Assembly: GCA_018396655.1 (NCBI GenBank)
Contig: JAGTQF010000005.1
Span: 1 to 62,344 of the forward strand
Length of the DNA stretch: 62,344 bases
Source of the DNA: Candidatus Bathyarchaeota archaeon
GTDB lineage: Archaea > Thermoproteota > Bathyarchaeia > Bathyarchaeales > DTEX01
Reading direction: 5' to 3'
The notes under the pieces are model-generated. The model saw only the letters and a list, made by a program, of their open reading frames with translations. It was not told the origin of the DNA and searched no databases. The stretch's first letter is position 1, and every line of letters starts with the position of its first letter. Shown here in pieces: positions 1-9,825 of the stretch. A program made the translations under genes and the position numbers.

Positions 1-48
1 TTCCTATATCTTCAGGCATTAAAAATCGGTTTCTCAGAAATCTTAATC

Positions 49-423
49 TTGACATTTGGCTTAACAGTCTGGTGGTTTGTAACAATGCTTCCATTTGTTC
101 TAACAATCACACCGCTATTAATTAGGGTTGTCTCAATGTCAATGCCATCAATAGTGCCAGAGGGCGTTAGAAGCAGAAGCCTAAACGATGAGTTTCCTAA
201 AAAGGGATTCGGTCTTTCCCTGTTGATTCCGGGAGCAATTCTCCTATTACTAGGCCTACTGGCAACATTCACAGATCTGGGTAAAGTTATGATGACAGCC
301 AATAAACTTCCAACAGTAGATCCGCTACAAGCGCTCCTCTATGGCAGTGGGGCAATCCTAACGCCGCTTGGCATGTACTCGCTAATTAGGCATGAAGAGG
401 ATAGATCTCAACGCAGCCCCTAA
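49..423 (+). CDS. hypothetical small membrane protein (uncertain; competes with antisense ORF 12..302)
   Basis: 124-aa ORF with hydrophobic helix-like stretches (WWFVTMLPFVLTITPLLI, GLSLLIPGAILLLLGLLATF, LLYGSGAILTPLGMY). No family recognised. Confidence 0.3.
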   Translation: MTFGLTVWWFVTMLPFVLTITPLLIRVVSMSMPSIVPEGVRSRSLNDEFPKKGFGLSLLIPGAILLLLGLLATFTDLGKVMMTANKLPTVDPLQALLYGSGAILTPLGMYSLIRHEEDRSQRSP

Positions 424-581
424 GCTCGGTTATTATTAGGAAAACATCAATTACTATCTCCATTCATTTTACATTAATCTAAATGCTATGGAACGCTTCC
501 TCCGTTAATTGCGCCAGCATGTTACAGGATCCTATCCTATTTTTGTAAGCAAAATAATTGTTTGTTGCGTGCAATCGTTGG

Positions 582-588
582 AAAAAAA
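582..588 (-). terminator. oligo-T tract (T7 on minus strand) 8 nt downstream of the tRNA-iMet 3' end
   Basis: Minus strand reads ...ACCA-cataaac-TTTTTTT. Archaeal termination typically uses oligo-T runs. Confidence 0.35.
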
Positions 589-595
589 GTTTATG

Positions 596-673
596 TGGTA
601 GCGGGGGGTCGATTTGAACGACCGATCTCTGGGTTATGAGCCCAGCGGGTTAACCTGGCTACCCCACCCCGCT
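596..673 (-). tRNA. initiator tRNA-Met (anticodon CAU), 78 nt with encoded CCA
   Basis: Hand-folded cloverleaf on the minus strand: AGCGGGG-TG-GGGT-AGCCAGGTTA-ACCC-G-CTGGG-CTCATAA-CCCAG-AGATC-GGTCG-TTCAAAT-CGACC-CCCCGCT-ACCA. The A1:U72 pair and three consecutive G:C pairs closing the anticodon stem are archaeal initiator hallmarks. Confidence 0.9.
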
Positions 674-690
674 TCTTGAATGAAATGACA

Positions 691-704
691 TTATTTATTT
701 TTTA
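691..704 (-). promoter_or_regulatory. putative TATA box for tRNA-iMet
   Basis: Minus strand AAAAAATAAATAA is centred about 24-27 nt upstream of tRNA position 1. Confidence 0.3.
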
Positions 705-792
705 GGTTATATAATTTAGAGCCTATTTAAAAACTTATCTCTGGCATCTTTATATTTAACCTTATATCCCTATTCTAACAATATTTGGGATT

Positions 793-2355
793 GTGCTGGG
801 GGTTGGTTTTGTGGCTGAAGGTAACCTTCTTATGGGGACTGATATTGGGACTTTTGGTACAAAGACTGTTTTGGTTGATGCCGAGGGTAGGATAATTGCC
901 GAGGCTTTTCAGGAGACCGACATTATGTCTCCTAGACCTCTCTGGGCTGAGCAGTGGCCTCAGGTGTGGCTTAACGCCGTTTGTAATACTATCCGCGAGG
1001 TTCTGTCTAAGTCTAAGGTTAGTCCGTCTGAGATTGGCGGTTTAACTATTAGTGGGCTATACAGTGGTTCAGGTGTGCCATGTGATGAGAATATGGAGCC
1101 GATAAGGCCTTGTATAATTTGGATGGATAGGAGGGCTGTTGATGAGGTTGAGTGGGTTAGGAGGAATATAGGTGAGGATGAGATATTTAGGATAACTGGG
1201 AATACAATAGATACCTATTTTGGCTTCACAAAGATGCTGTGGATTAAATTCAAGGAGCCTAAAACTTGGGAGAGGACGAGGCAGCTTGTTACAACATACG
1301 GGTATTGTATTTATCGTTTAACTGGCGTCGTATGCATAGATTACTCTTCGGCTGGAAACTATGGAGGAATATTTGACATACATAAGAGGGACTGGTCCGA
1401 GGAGTTAATGGAGGAGATGGGAATACCTCGAAGCTTCTTTCCAGAGAAGATTGTTGAATCAAAGACGGTTGTCGGCGAGATAACTGAGGAGGGAAGCAAA
1501 CTGTGCGGATTGAGGAAGGGAACACCTGTATGCGCTGGGGGTGTAGATGCTCCGGTAGCCGCCTTAAGCCTAGGATGCCTAGAGGATGGAGATCACTCAG
1601 CCATGGTTGGGACATCGACATGCTGGAGCGTCATACAGGATGAGTTGAGGTTAACGCCTAAGCTAATCAACTATCCACATGTAGCCTATGATAGGCAGAA
1701 GATCTACACATTTGGAGGATCGGCAACTTCCGGAGGCATGCTAAGATGGTTTAGAGACCAGTTCGGGCAGATAGAGGTTTCCCTTGGAAAACAAGTTGGA
1801 TTAAGCCCATATAGAATCCTAGACTTAGAGGCTGAGAAGGTTCCGCCGGGCTCGGATGGCTTAATAGTTCTGCCATACTTTATGGGTGAGCGGACTCCCA
1901 TATGGGATCCGTATTCAAAGGGGCTTATAATAGGTTTAACGTTGACCCATACCAGAGCGCATATATTTAGAGCTCTGATGGAAGGCGCAGCATACGCGCT
2001 ACGGCACAATGTTGAGACCGCTAAAGCCAATAATATTCCATTAAAGCCCAGGATGGGGATAGTTGACGGCGGGGCGAAATCCCCCTTATGGAGGAAAATA
2101 TTCGCGGATGTAACAAGGTTTCCATTAATATATATTGCTGAGCATCCTGGAACACCGTTGGGGGATGCGCTTTTAAGTGGTGTTGGGACTGGTGTACTTA
2201 AAGGCTACGAGGTTATAAAGGATTGGGTTAAGGCTGCCGAGGTACAGGAGCCTGATCCCAAAATATCCGAGATCTACGATAAATATTACAGGCTGTATCT
2301 GAGGCTTTATGAGGCAAATAAGTCTCTTTACAGAGAGCTCTACAATCTTATTTGA
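793..2355 (+). CDS. FGGY-family carbohydrate kinase (xylulokinase/ribulokinase/fuculokinase-like)
   Basis: 520 aa. N-terminal GTDIGTFGTKTVLVD actin-fold phosphate-1 motif, GGSATSGGMLRWFRD, C-terminal DGGAKSPLWRKIFADV. The true start may be an internal Met (MGTDIGT). Confidence 0.85.
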   Translation: MLGVGFVAEGNLLMGTDIGTFGTKTVLVDAEGRIIAEAFQETDIMSPRPLWAEQWPQVWLNAVCNTIREVLSKSKVSPSEIGGLTISGLYSGSGVPCDENMEPIRPCIIWMDRRAVDEVEWVRRNIGEDEIFRITGNTIDTYFGFTKMLWIKFKEPKTWERTRQLVTTYGYCIYRLTGVVCIDYSSAGNYGGIFDIHKRDWSEELMEEMGIPRSFFPEKIVESKTVVGEITEEGSKLCGLRKGTPVCAGGVDAPVAALSLGCLEDGDHSAMVGTSTCWSVIQDELRLTPKLINYPHVAYDRQKIYTFGGSATSGGMLRWFRDQFGQIEVSLGKQVGLSPYRILDLEAEKVPPGSDGLIVLPYFMGERTPIWDPYSKGLIIGLTLTHTRAHIFRALMEGAAYALRHNVETAKANNIPLKPRMGIVDGGAKSPLWRKIFADVTRFPLIYIAEHPGTPLGDALLSGVGTGVLKGYEVIKDWVKAAEVQEPDPKISEIYDKYYRLYLRLYEANKSLYRELYNLI

Positions 2356-2388
2356 CGTTAATTCAGTCTCCTTAGGCGGTGAAGGATC

Positions 2389-3057
2389 TTGAGTGAAGAA
2401 TTGAGGATGCGTGAGGCGCTTTGTAGGGTTGGAAGAAGGCTATATGAAAGGCATTTAACGAGTGGGGCTGGCGGAAGCATAAGCGTTAGGACTCCTAGAA
2501 ATGAGGTTTTAATTAAGCCGAGCGGCTTCTCCCTGGCGGATATGCAGCCTGAGCACATCGTTAAGATGAATTTGAGGGGGGATGTTTTGGAGGGTAAGTA
2601 TCCGCCTTCAACAGACGCCCCGTGGCATCTAATGATCTACGCTGCGAGACCAGACGTTAATGCAATAGTTCATGTCCATCCACCGATATGCGGCGGCTTC
2701 GCTTGCGCCGGCGTCTCTTTGGATGTGCCGGTCTTTACTGAAGTTATAATACAGGTCGGTAGGATACCACTAATGGATTATGTGACGCCCACAACAATGG
2801 AATATGCGAGGAAGGTTGCTGAACACCTTAAGGAAGCGAATGCTCTTCTAATGAAGAACCATGGAATAATAACTTTGGGCGCAAACCTTGAGCAAGCCTT
2901 CCAGAGAGCCGAGCTCCTAGAAGATTTCGCAAGGATGCTGTTAATAGCCAAGATTCTAGGGGGCCCTGTGCTGCTGCCGGAAGGGGAGGCTCATAAACTC
3001 AGAGCTCTTGAGAGTGAGAAGTGGAGAATGAAGATTATAGAGGAACTTTATAAGTGA
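2389..3057 (+). CDS. class II aldolase/adducin-domain protein (FucA / AraD / MtnB / 5-deoxyribulose-1-P aldolase family)
   Basis: 222 aa. GAGGSISVR...LIKPSG, Zn-ligand region IVHVHPP, NHGIITLG. Confidence 0.8.
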   Translation: MSEELRMREALCRVGRRLYERHLTSGAGGSISVRTPRNEVLIKPSGFSLADMQPEHIVKMNLRGDVLEGKYPPSTDAPWHLMIYAARPDVNAIVHVHPPICGGFACAGVSLDVPVFTEVIIQVGRIPLMDYVTPTTMEYARKVAEHLKEANALLMKNHGIITLGANLEQAFQRAELLEDFARMLLIAKILGGPVLLPEGEAHKLRALESEKWRMKIIEELYK

Positions 3058-3073
3058 TCTGGCGGCGTATAGA

Positions 3074-3871
3074 TTGGATCTGGGCAAGTTTAAATCCGTA
3101 AAAGATATGTTCACGCTGAGCGGCCAAAAAGCTATAGTCACTGGCGCTGGCGGAGGCATCGGCGGAGCAATAGCATACGGTTTTGCGGAGCTCGGGGTTG
3201 ATGTTGCGCTCTTCGACCTTGATTCTAAGAGGATAGTGGAGCTTAAGGAGATTTTAGAGCGAAGATTTCCAGTTAAGGTTCTTGCAGTGAAGGTGGATGT
3301 GTGCAACCGTGATCAAGTTGAGGAAGCTGTCGCCTTCGTACTGAAAAATTTTGGGCAGATAGATATATTGGTGAATAGTCACGGGATTGGGCAATGGACT
3401 CCATTCGAGAATATGACGGATGAAGATTGGAGTAGGATGATAAATGTTAACCTTACCGGGGTCTTTGTTATGTGCCAGGTTGTTGGCAGGCATATGATAA
3501 GGAGGGGGAGGGGAAAAATAATAAACATAGCGTCTATGTCCGGCAGAATCGTCAATAGGCCTCAGCCGCAAGCCCACTATAACGCTTCAAAGGCTGGAGT
3601 GATCATGTTGACAAAGAGCTTGGCGGCTGAATGGGCCAAGTACGGCGTAAACGTCAACTGCGTCAGCCCCGGTTATACGCTGACACCTTTAGTTGAAAAT
3701 CTATTGAGGAGTCAGCCTGAATACGCTGATCAATGGCGTTCTCTAATACCTCTTGGAAGGTTCGCTGAGCCAGCGGATGTAGTGGGCGCTGTTATCTTCT
3801 TGGCTTCTAGAGCCGCAGACTATATAACTGGGCATGATCTAGTTATAGATGGTGGCTACACGATATGGTAA
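3074..3871 (+). CDS. short-chain dehydrogenase/reductase (SDR)
   Basis: 265 aa. TGAGGGIGGAIA cofactor motif, catalytic YNASK, NCVSPGY. Confidence 0.85.
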   Translation: MDLGKFKSVKDMFTLSGQKAIVTGAGGGIGGAIAYGFAELGVDVALFDLDSKRIVELKEILERRFPVKVLAVKVDVCNRDQVEEAVAFVLKNFGQIDILVNSHGIGQWTPFENMTDEDWSRMINVNLTGVFVMCQVVGRHMIRRGRGKIINIASMSGRIVNRPQPQAHYNASKAGVIMLTKSLAAEWAKYGVNVNCVSPGYTLTPLVENLLRSQPEYADQWRSLIPLGRFAEPADVVGAVIFLASRAADYITGHDLVIDGGYTIW

Positions 3872-3932
3872 TTCCGATCCACCATATTTTTAGTTCACGC
3901 TTTTTAAGACCCCTGATGGGTGATCGCATTTC

Positions 3933-5090
3933 TTGACGTCTAAGTATGCTGAGTCAGGAGTAGACGTTAAGAAGAGGGGCATAGAGTTCTTTAAGAGCCT
4001 AATAGGGAATCTGTTTCCAGAAGCCTTTTGTGTTGTGAGCGAAGACCCAAATCTGCCCGGCTTCGGCATAGTGACCCACGTTGATGGCGCTGGCAGCAAG
4101 CCGATCCAGGCATATCTCCATTGGAAAGAGACTGGGGACATAAGCTGGTTTATGGGCTTAGCTCAAGATGCTCTAGCCATGAATATAGATGATATTGTTT
4201 GTGTGGGAGCCACGCCAATCAACTTCGTGGACTATGTGGCAGTTAACCCCCTCAAGGTTGATAAGATCGGCTTACTCAGGGTTTTGAGCGCTGGTTTCAG
4301 GGAATGCATGGATCTGCTAGAGGATTTAGGCGTTAGAATAATTTTCTCTGGCGGCGAAACAGCCGATCTACCTGATCAGATAAGAACTGTGGATATATCT
4401 GTGACGATGAATGGGCGCGTGAACCTCTCTAAGGTTCTGGCTGGCAATAGGATTGAGCCGGGTGACGTTATAGTAGGGCTTAGGAGCGGGGGTAAAACAA
4501 GGTATGAGAAGAGGGAGAACAGCGGTATAATGTGTAATGGAATAACGCTGGCCCGGCTATGTCTAATGCATAAGAGCTACCAGGAGAAGTATCCTGAGAT
4601 TCTTGAAGGCGGAGATGGTAAGAGGTCTTATTATGGGAGATTTCGATTCGATGATTATGTTGATGAGCTCGGCATGACTGTTGGCGAAGCCATACTATCA
4701 CCAACAAGGTTCTATGCGCCAGTAGTCTTAAAGATCATAGAGGAGCTCAGCCCATACATCTCAGGCCTAATTCATAATACGGGAGGCGGCCAAACAAAGT
4801 GCCTGAGAATTGGAAGAAACATCCATTATATTAAGGATAACATCTTTGATCCAGATCCAATTTTCATCTTAATACAGCGTGAGTCCGGTGAATCCTGGGG
4901 GTCCATGTTTGAGAACTATAATATGGGTGTTGGCTTTGAGGTTATAGCTAGGCCGGAGGCGGCTGATGACGTAATCAGCATTTCTGAGAAGTTTAATCTT
5001 GAGGCGAGGGTTATCGGAAGATGTGAGAGAAGCGATGGCGGAAATAAGCTGACCATCAGGAGTAAATATGGCAACTTCCAGTATAAGTAA
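3933..5090 (+). CDS. purM: PurM-like AIR synthase family protein (phosphoribosylformylglycinamidine cyclo-ligase-like)
   Basis: 385 aa, TTG start. YAESGVDV, THVDGAGSKP, GGETADLP, SPTRFY, HNTGGGQTK and NYNMGVGFE are collinear with E. coli PurM motifs. It is longer than typical PurM and lies away from other pur genes. Confidence 0.65.
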   Translation: MTSKYAESGVDVKKRGIEFFKSLIGNLFPEAFCVVSEDPNLPGFGIVTHVDGAGSKPIQAYLHWKETGDISWFMGLAQDALAMNIDDIVCVGATPINFVDYVAVNPLKVDKIGLLRVLSAGFRECMDLLEDLGVRIIFSGGETADLPDQIRTVDISVTMNGRVNLSKVLAGNRIEPGDVIVGLRSGGKTRYEKRENSGIMCNGITLARLCLMHKSYQEKYPEILEGGDGKRSYYGRFRFDDYVDELGMTVGEAILSPTRFYAPVVLKIIEELSPYISGLIHNTGGGQTKCLRIGRNIHYIKDNIFDPDPIFILIQRESGESWGSMFENYNMGVGFEVIARPEAADDVISISEKFNLEARVIGRCERSDGGNKLTIRSKYGNFQYK

Positions 5091-5165
5091 AAGCGTCTAT
5101 TAGGTTCCGCTAATTTTTTATTTTATGTTGAGCAGTCCAAAAATAATTGCCTGGGTGATGTCTTC

Positions 5166-6515
5166 ATGGATTTTGTAATATTTGGCGGATCTGTTGTCAC
5201 AATGAGTGAAAGAGGTATCATACGTGACGGCGCAGTTGTAGTTGAGGGCGACACTATAATCGATGTTGGAAGAAGCGATGAGATAAGGCGCAAGTATCCG
5301 AGATACGAGAAGATTGATGCGGACGGCAAGGTGATTATGCCTGGCTTAATTAACGCACACCAGCATGCCGCCATGAGCCTGTTAAGGGGATACGCAGACG
5401 ACTACCCACTGAAGGAGTGGCTTGAGGAGTGGGTTTGGCCGTTAGAGAGGCATATGACTGGCTACGACATTTATGTTGGCGCTCTCCTAACCGCAGTAGA
5501 GTCCGTTATTGGCGGGACAACAACGATCAATACAATGTACCATTACATGGAGGATCACAATGAGGCTATGGCCATAGCCGAGGTTGGGCTGCGTGGGGTT
5601 GTTGGGCATGTCTGTTTCTCTTGGCGTAAAGAGCAAGATATTAAAGCCTTAGAGGATTCTGCTAGGAGGTGGCATAGGGGTGCTGATGGAAGGATCCGTG
5701 TAAGCGTTGACCCACATGCGCCATACACCGTTGACCCGGAATATATGAGGGAGCTGAGGGCTGTGACACGTGAGCTTAATGAAAAGTATGCTTCGGCTGA
5801 GGCGCCCGTAATCTGGCATATACACTTAGCTGAAACCTCAGATGAGGCGCAGAAGATTCGGGAATCATTTGGTATTTATGTACCCGATGGCATAGTTGAT
5901 TATATGGATGCGCTGGGCGTCTTAGGCGGGGATGTTGTCGCAGCCCACTGCGTCCACCTAACGCCAAAGGATATAGAAATCTTGAGATTAAGGGGCGTTA
6001 AGGTTGCGCATAACCCTATATCTAACATGAAGTTAGCCTCGGGAGTGAGCCCAGTCCCCAAGCTCTTGAAAGCTGGTGTAACAGTAGCCTTAGGAACTGA
6101 TAGCCCATGCTCAAATAATTCGGCGGACATGTTTGAGGTCATGAAGTTTGCTGCGCTCCTACATAAGGGCGTTAATATGGATCCGACGCTTCTACCAGCT
6201 GGAACAGTCCTCAGGATGGCGACGATCGATGGTGCTAGGGCGATCCTATGGGATAGGGAGATAGGATCTATTGAGGTTGGCAAGAAGGCCGACATAATAA
6301 TAGTAGACTTCCGCAAGCCGCACCTCTGCCCCCTTTACAGCGAAGTAAGCCACCTAGTTTACGCAGCCAAGGCTTCAGATGTTGAGACAGTTATAGTTAA
6401 CGGCCGCATACTAATGGAGAATAGGGAGCTTAAGACCGTTAAGGCTGATGAGGTTATGGAGATGGCTAGGAAGACTCAGGAGAAGCTTCTTGAGCGTTTG
6501 CGTGAGATGAGGTGA
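5166..6515 (+). CDS. amidohydrolase, MTA/SAH/5'-deoxyadenosine deaminase-like (MtaD/DadD subgroup)
   Basis: 449 aa. PGLINAHQHAAMSLLRGYADDYPLKEWL, HLAET, AHCVHL, GTDSPCSNN. Confidence 0.8.
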   Translation: MDFVIFGGSVVTMSERGIIRDGAVVVEGDTIIDVGRSDEIRRKYPRYEKIDADGKVIMPGLINAHQHAAMSLLRGYADDYPLKEWLEEWVWPLERHMTGYDIYVGALLTAVESVIGGTTTINTMYHYMEDHNEAMAIAEVGLRGVVGHVCFSWRKEQDIKALEDSARRWHRGADGRIRVSVDPHAPYTVDPEYMRELRAVTRELNEKYASAEAPVIWHIHLAETSDEAQKIRESFGIYVPDGIVDYMDALGVLGGDVVAAHCVHLTPKDIEILRLRGVKVAHNPISNMKLASGVSPVPKLLKAGVTVALGTDSPCSNNSADMFEVMKFAALLHKGVNMDPTLLPAGTVLRMATIDGARAILWDREIGSIEVGKKADIIIVDFRKPHLCPLYSEVSHLVYAAKASDVETVIVNGRILMENRELKTVKADEVMEMARKTQEKLLERLREMR

Positions 6516-7756
6516 GTTTATTTAAGGGGGCGGTTAGCGTGGAGCCTGTGACATTTGGTTTGGTTGGTGTTGGAGGCTACGCCACTGTTTACCTAAGGAT
6601 TTTAAGGGCCTTGGAGAATGAGGGCTTAGCAAGAATTTCCGCAGTGGTTATAAGGAGCCCTGAAAAGTATCCAAAGGAAGTAGAGTATTTTAGAAGTAGG
6701 GCCACGACCATTTACAGAAGCTACGATGACATGATTGATGCTGAACGCGGCAGAATAGATATAGTGGCCCTCCCCACGGCTATACATCAGCATAAGGAGA
6801 TGACTATAAAAGCCCTTATGAGCGGCTTTAATGTTATAGTTGAGAAGCCTCCAGCCGTAACAATACAGGACTTAGATGAGATGATTGAGGCTGAGAAAAA
6901 ATCGGGAAAGTTCTGCGTTGTAGGCTTTCAGCTGCAATCAAAGACCGTGGTCCAAGGTATTAAAGAGACTATATGTGAAGGGAAAGTGGGCGATGTAAAA
7001 TATGTTTTGGCTAAGGGTAAGTGGAAGAGGCTCGACTCCTATTATGAGAGGAATGCTTGGGCCGGCAAATTTATGCATGAGGGAAAATATGTTTTAGACG
7101 GAACTGTAAGCAATCCATTATCTCATTATTTAATGAGCTCGCTCTTCTTCGCAAGTATGGAGAGGGGGCGGGCAGCCTACCCAATAAGGGTTAGGGCTGA
7201 GCTTTATAGGGGGCATAGGATAGAAGGCGAGGATACTTCATGTCTCGACGCTGAAGTTGATAGTGGGGCACACGTTTTATTCTTCGCTACCCTTTGCAGC
7301 CCCTCCGAGAGCAGACCCTCACAGAGAATTATTGGGACTAAAGGTACTATTGACTGGACATTCGGAAATAACGCCTACATAAAATATGCTGATGGAAGCG
7401 TGGAGGTAATAAAGGAGGATGGAAAGGATGAGCGTATGGAGCTTTTCCGGAACACTATCAGATATCTTAGAGGGTTAGACGAAAACATTAATTGCACACT
7501 TGAATTAACCCGCCCATTTGTACTTACATTGAACGGCGCATATGAGTCGGCTAAGAGAATAAAACAGATTCCAGACAAATTCATAGTTAGGCAGGCGGAA
7601 GGCGGCTCCATGGCTACAATAATATTGGGCATAGATGATATAATTGATAGGGCATTTGAGCAAAAGCTGCTGTTCTCAGATCTTGGTGTGGAGTGGGCTT
7701 ATAAAACAGACTACTTCCCGCTCAAAAATTATAAATGCTTCAGCTTAACACCGTAG
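6512..7756 (+). CDS. Gfo/Idh/MocA-family NAD(P)-dependent oxidoreductase
   Basis: 414 aa. N-terminal Rossmann FGLVGVGGYA and VEKPPA motif. 4-nt overlap with the upstream gene. Confidence 0.7.
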   Translation: MSLFKGAVSVEPVTFGLVGVGGYATVYLRILRALENEGLARISAVVIRSPEKYPKEVEYFRSRATTIYRSYDDMIDAERGRIDIVALPTAIHQHKEMTIKALMSGFNVIVEKPPAVTIQDLDEMIEAEKKSGKFCVVGFQLQSKTVVQGIKETICEGKVGDVKYVLAKGKWKRLDSYYERNAWAGKFMHEGKYVLDGTVSNPLSHYLMSSLFFASMERGRAAYPIRVRAELYRGHRIEGEDTSCLDAEVDSGAHVLFFATLCSPSESRPSQRIIGTKGTIDWTFGNNAYIKYADGSVEVIKEDGKDERMELFRNTIRYLRGLDENINCTLELTRPFVLTLNGAYESAKRIKQIPDKFIVRQAEGGSMATIILGIDDIIDRAFEQKLLFSDLGVEWAYKTDYFPLKNYKCFSLTP

Positions 7757-7772
7757 TTGTGGAGAGGTACCT

Positions 7773-8591
7773 ATGAAAATATGCATAGTTACTGATGAGG
7801 TTAGCTCTGACCCGGAAACCGCTATGGAGCTCATATCCGACTGGGGAGTAAAATATATTGAAATAAGGGCCGTCTGGAGAAAAAGAGTTCCAGACATAGA
7901 ATCTTATGAGATTAGGCGATTGCTGGATTTAATCTCGTCATACAATGTGAGAGTTGCCGCCATATCGCCCGGCGTTTTTAAATGTAGGATTGATGACGAG
8001 GCGACGGTTATGAAGCATCTAAATGAGAGGCTCCCACGCTCCATCGAACTAGCGGAGGCTTTGGGAACAAACACCGTGATAGTTTTCGGCTTCCTCTGCG
8101 ATGATCCGAGCAATAGGAAATATTTCCATTATGCCACCGAAATCTTGAGGAAAGCTTCAGATTATGCCGCTGAGAGGGGAATTATGCTTGCACTTGAGAA
8201 CGAGCCCTTTAGCCTAGCCGATACTGGGGAGAGATCAGCCAATCTCGCCAGATCGATTGGAAGGGAAAATTTAAGATTAAATTGGGATCCCTGTAATGCA
8301 TACGTCTCTGGCGAGCTACCTTCCGAAGGCTATAAACATGTTAGGGATCTAGTGGCGCACGTTCATTTAAAGGATGTCGTTATTGATCAGGGGTCTGGTA
8401 AGAAGATTTATGTACCCTTCGGTGACGGGGAAGTTGACGTCTTTAGTCAAGTGAAATATTTAGTGAACGATGGTTACAGAGGCTTCTTTTCGATCGAGAC
8501 GCATATGAGCAAAAACCGCGTAAAGGGCACGTTTACGTGCTTGAGGAGGCTTCAAAGCCTTATTGAAGAGCTGGGCGAGAAAACTGAATAG
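7773..8591 (+). CDS. xylose-isomerase-like TIM-barrel protein (sugar phosphate isomerase/epimerase)
   Basis: 272 aa. LALENEP, NWDPCNA, HVHLKD, SIETH metal-ligand pattern typical of the AP_endonuc_2 fold. Confidence 0.7.
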   Translation: MKICIVTDEVSSDPETAMELISDWGVKYIEIRAVWRKRVPDIESYEIRRLLDLISSYNVRVAAISPGVFKCRIDDEATVMKHLNERLPRSIELAEALGTNTVIVFGFLCDDPSNRKYFHYATEILRKASDYAAERGIMLALENEPFSLADTGERSANLARSIGRENLRLNWDPCNAYVSGELPSEGYKHVRDLVAHVHLKDVVIDQGSGKKIYVPFGDGEVDVFSQVKYLVNDGYRGFFSIETHMSKNRVKGTFTCLRRLQSLIEELGEKTE

Positions 8592-8711
8592 AACCTTCAT
8601 CAGTTTATACCTGTAACTCGGAAAGAGCTATAGAGTCTAAACTTCTAATCGAATGCAAGGTTAGTATTTTTAATCTTAGGTAGAATATATCTAGTTTATG
8701 GAGGGTGCCTA

Positions 8712-9815
8712 ATGGAGATAGCCTTATCCGGCCTAGAGGGTTTGAGAAAATATTTTCGAGAGGTTTACGGGCCGAGAGCTGAGGTTCTAAGGGTTCTGGA
8801 GCTCACTTCAGGAAGGGAGAAGAGTGGCGAGGAGCTTAAGGGTTTCGGTTACGGTGTACCATATTTAATTGAGGTCACCGTTAACGGCGAGGTTAAGAGA
8901 GTTGTCCTCGAAACAATTAGGCCCAGCGGCTTTGGACACGAACACTTCTCAGATAGAGCCCAGATCCTCTTATGGCAGCACTCAGCCTTTAACAACCTTC
9001 CAAAGCATGTTAAATCAATTGACGTTGGTGCGTTTACAACCAGCGGGGCAATGAAGTCCCTCGGAGACTGCAAGGAATTCTTCATATTAACTGAGTATAT
9101 TGAGGGCAGACCATACTACATAGATTTGGAGGCTATAAAAGCTAGAGGCGAATTAACAAGCCTAGACGTTGAGCGCTGCCTGGCTTTATCCAATTATCTC
9201 GTTGAGGTGCACTCGGTTAAAGGCATTGGGCTGGAATCACTTTATGTAAGGCGTGCTAGGGATCTTGTTGGGCATGGTGAATGCATAATGGGTTTAATAG
9301 ATAGCTATCCGCCTGGGCTGGATTACGCAGATGAGAAGACGTTGATGGAGATTGAGCGGAGATGCATTGAGTGGCGCTGGAGACTTAAGAAGAAGGCTTA
9401 TAGGTGCTCTAGGGTTCATGGAGACTTCCACCCATGGAACATATTATTTCATGAGGGAACGGACTTCACAGTATTGGATAGGAGCAGGGGTGAGTGGGGT
9501 GAGCCGGCGGACGACCTAGCTGCCATGACGATAAACTACCTGTTCTATTCGCTACAAGCATACGGCGAAATAAGAGACCCATTCAAGAGGCTATTCGAGA
9601 TATTCTGGGAAAATTATCTAAACAAAACTGGAGACGAAGAAATATTGACGGTTATACAGCCATTTTACGCATGGAGAGGACTAGTAATAGCATCACCAAT
9701 ATGGTATCCAACATTAACGCTCAATGTAAGAATCAAATTATTCAACTTCATATTGAGGGTTTTGGAAGTGGATAAATTCGATTTAAGAGACATTCCGCTT
9801 CTCTTCTCACACTAA
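8712..9815 (+). CDS. APH/choline-kinase-fold small-molecule phosphotransferase
   Basis: 367 aa. Catalytic loop HGDFHPWNILF followed by VLDRSRGEWGEPADDLA. Confidence 0.7.
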   Translation: MEIALSGLEGLRKYFREVYGPRAEVLRVLELTSGREKSGEELKGFGYGVPYLIEVTVNGEVKRVVLETIRPSGFGHEHFSDRAQILLWQHSAFNNLPKHVKSIDVGAFTTSGAMKSLGDCKEFFILTEYIEGRPYYIDLEAIKARGELTSLDVERCLALSNYLVEVHSVKGIGLESLYVRRARDLVGHGECIMGLIDSYPPGLDYADEKTLMEIERRCIEWRWRLKKKAYRCSRVHGDFHPWNILFHEGTDFTVLDRSRGEWGEPADDLAAMTINYLFYSLQAYGEIRDPFKRLFEIFWENYLNKTGDEEILTVIQPFYAWRGLVIASPIWYPTLTLNVRIKLFNFILRVLEVDKFDLRDIPLLFSH

Positions 9816-9825
9816 ATATATTGGC

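Noticed and set aside
12-302. 96-aa minus-strand ORF at the window edge
   Set aside because: The Arg/Pro/Ser-rich N-terminal half looks like antisense translation. It overlaps the hydrophobic + strand ORF 49..423 almost entirely, and no family is recognised. Neither ORF is strongly supported.
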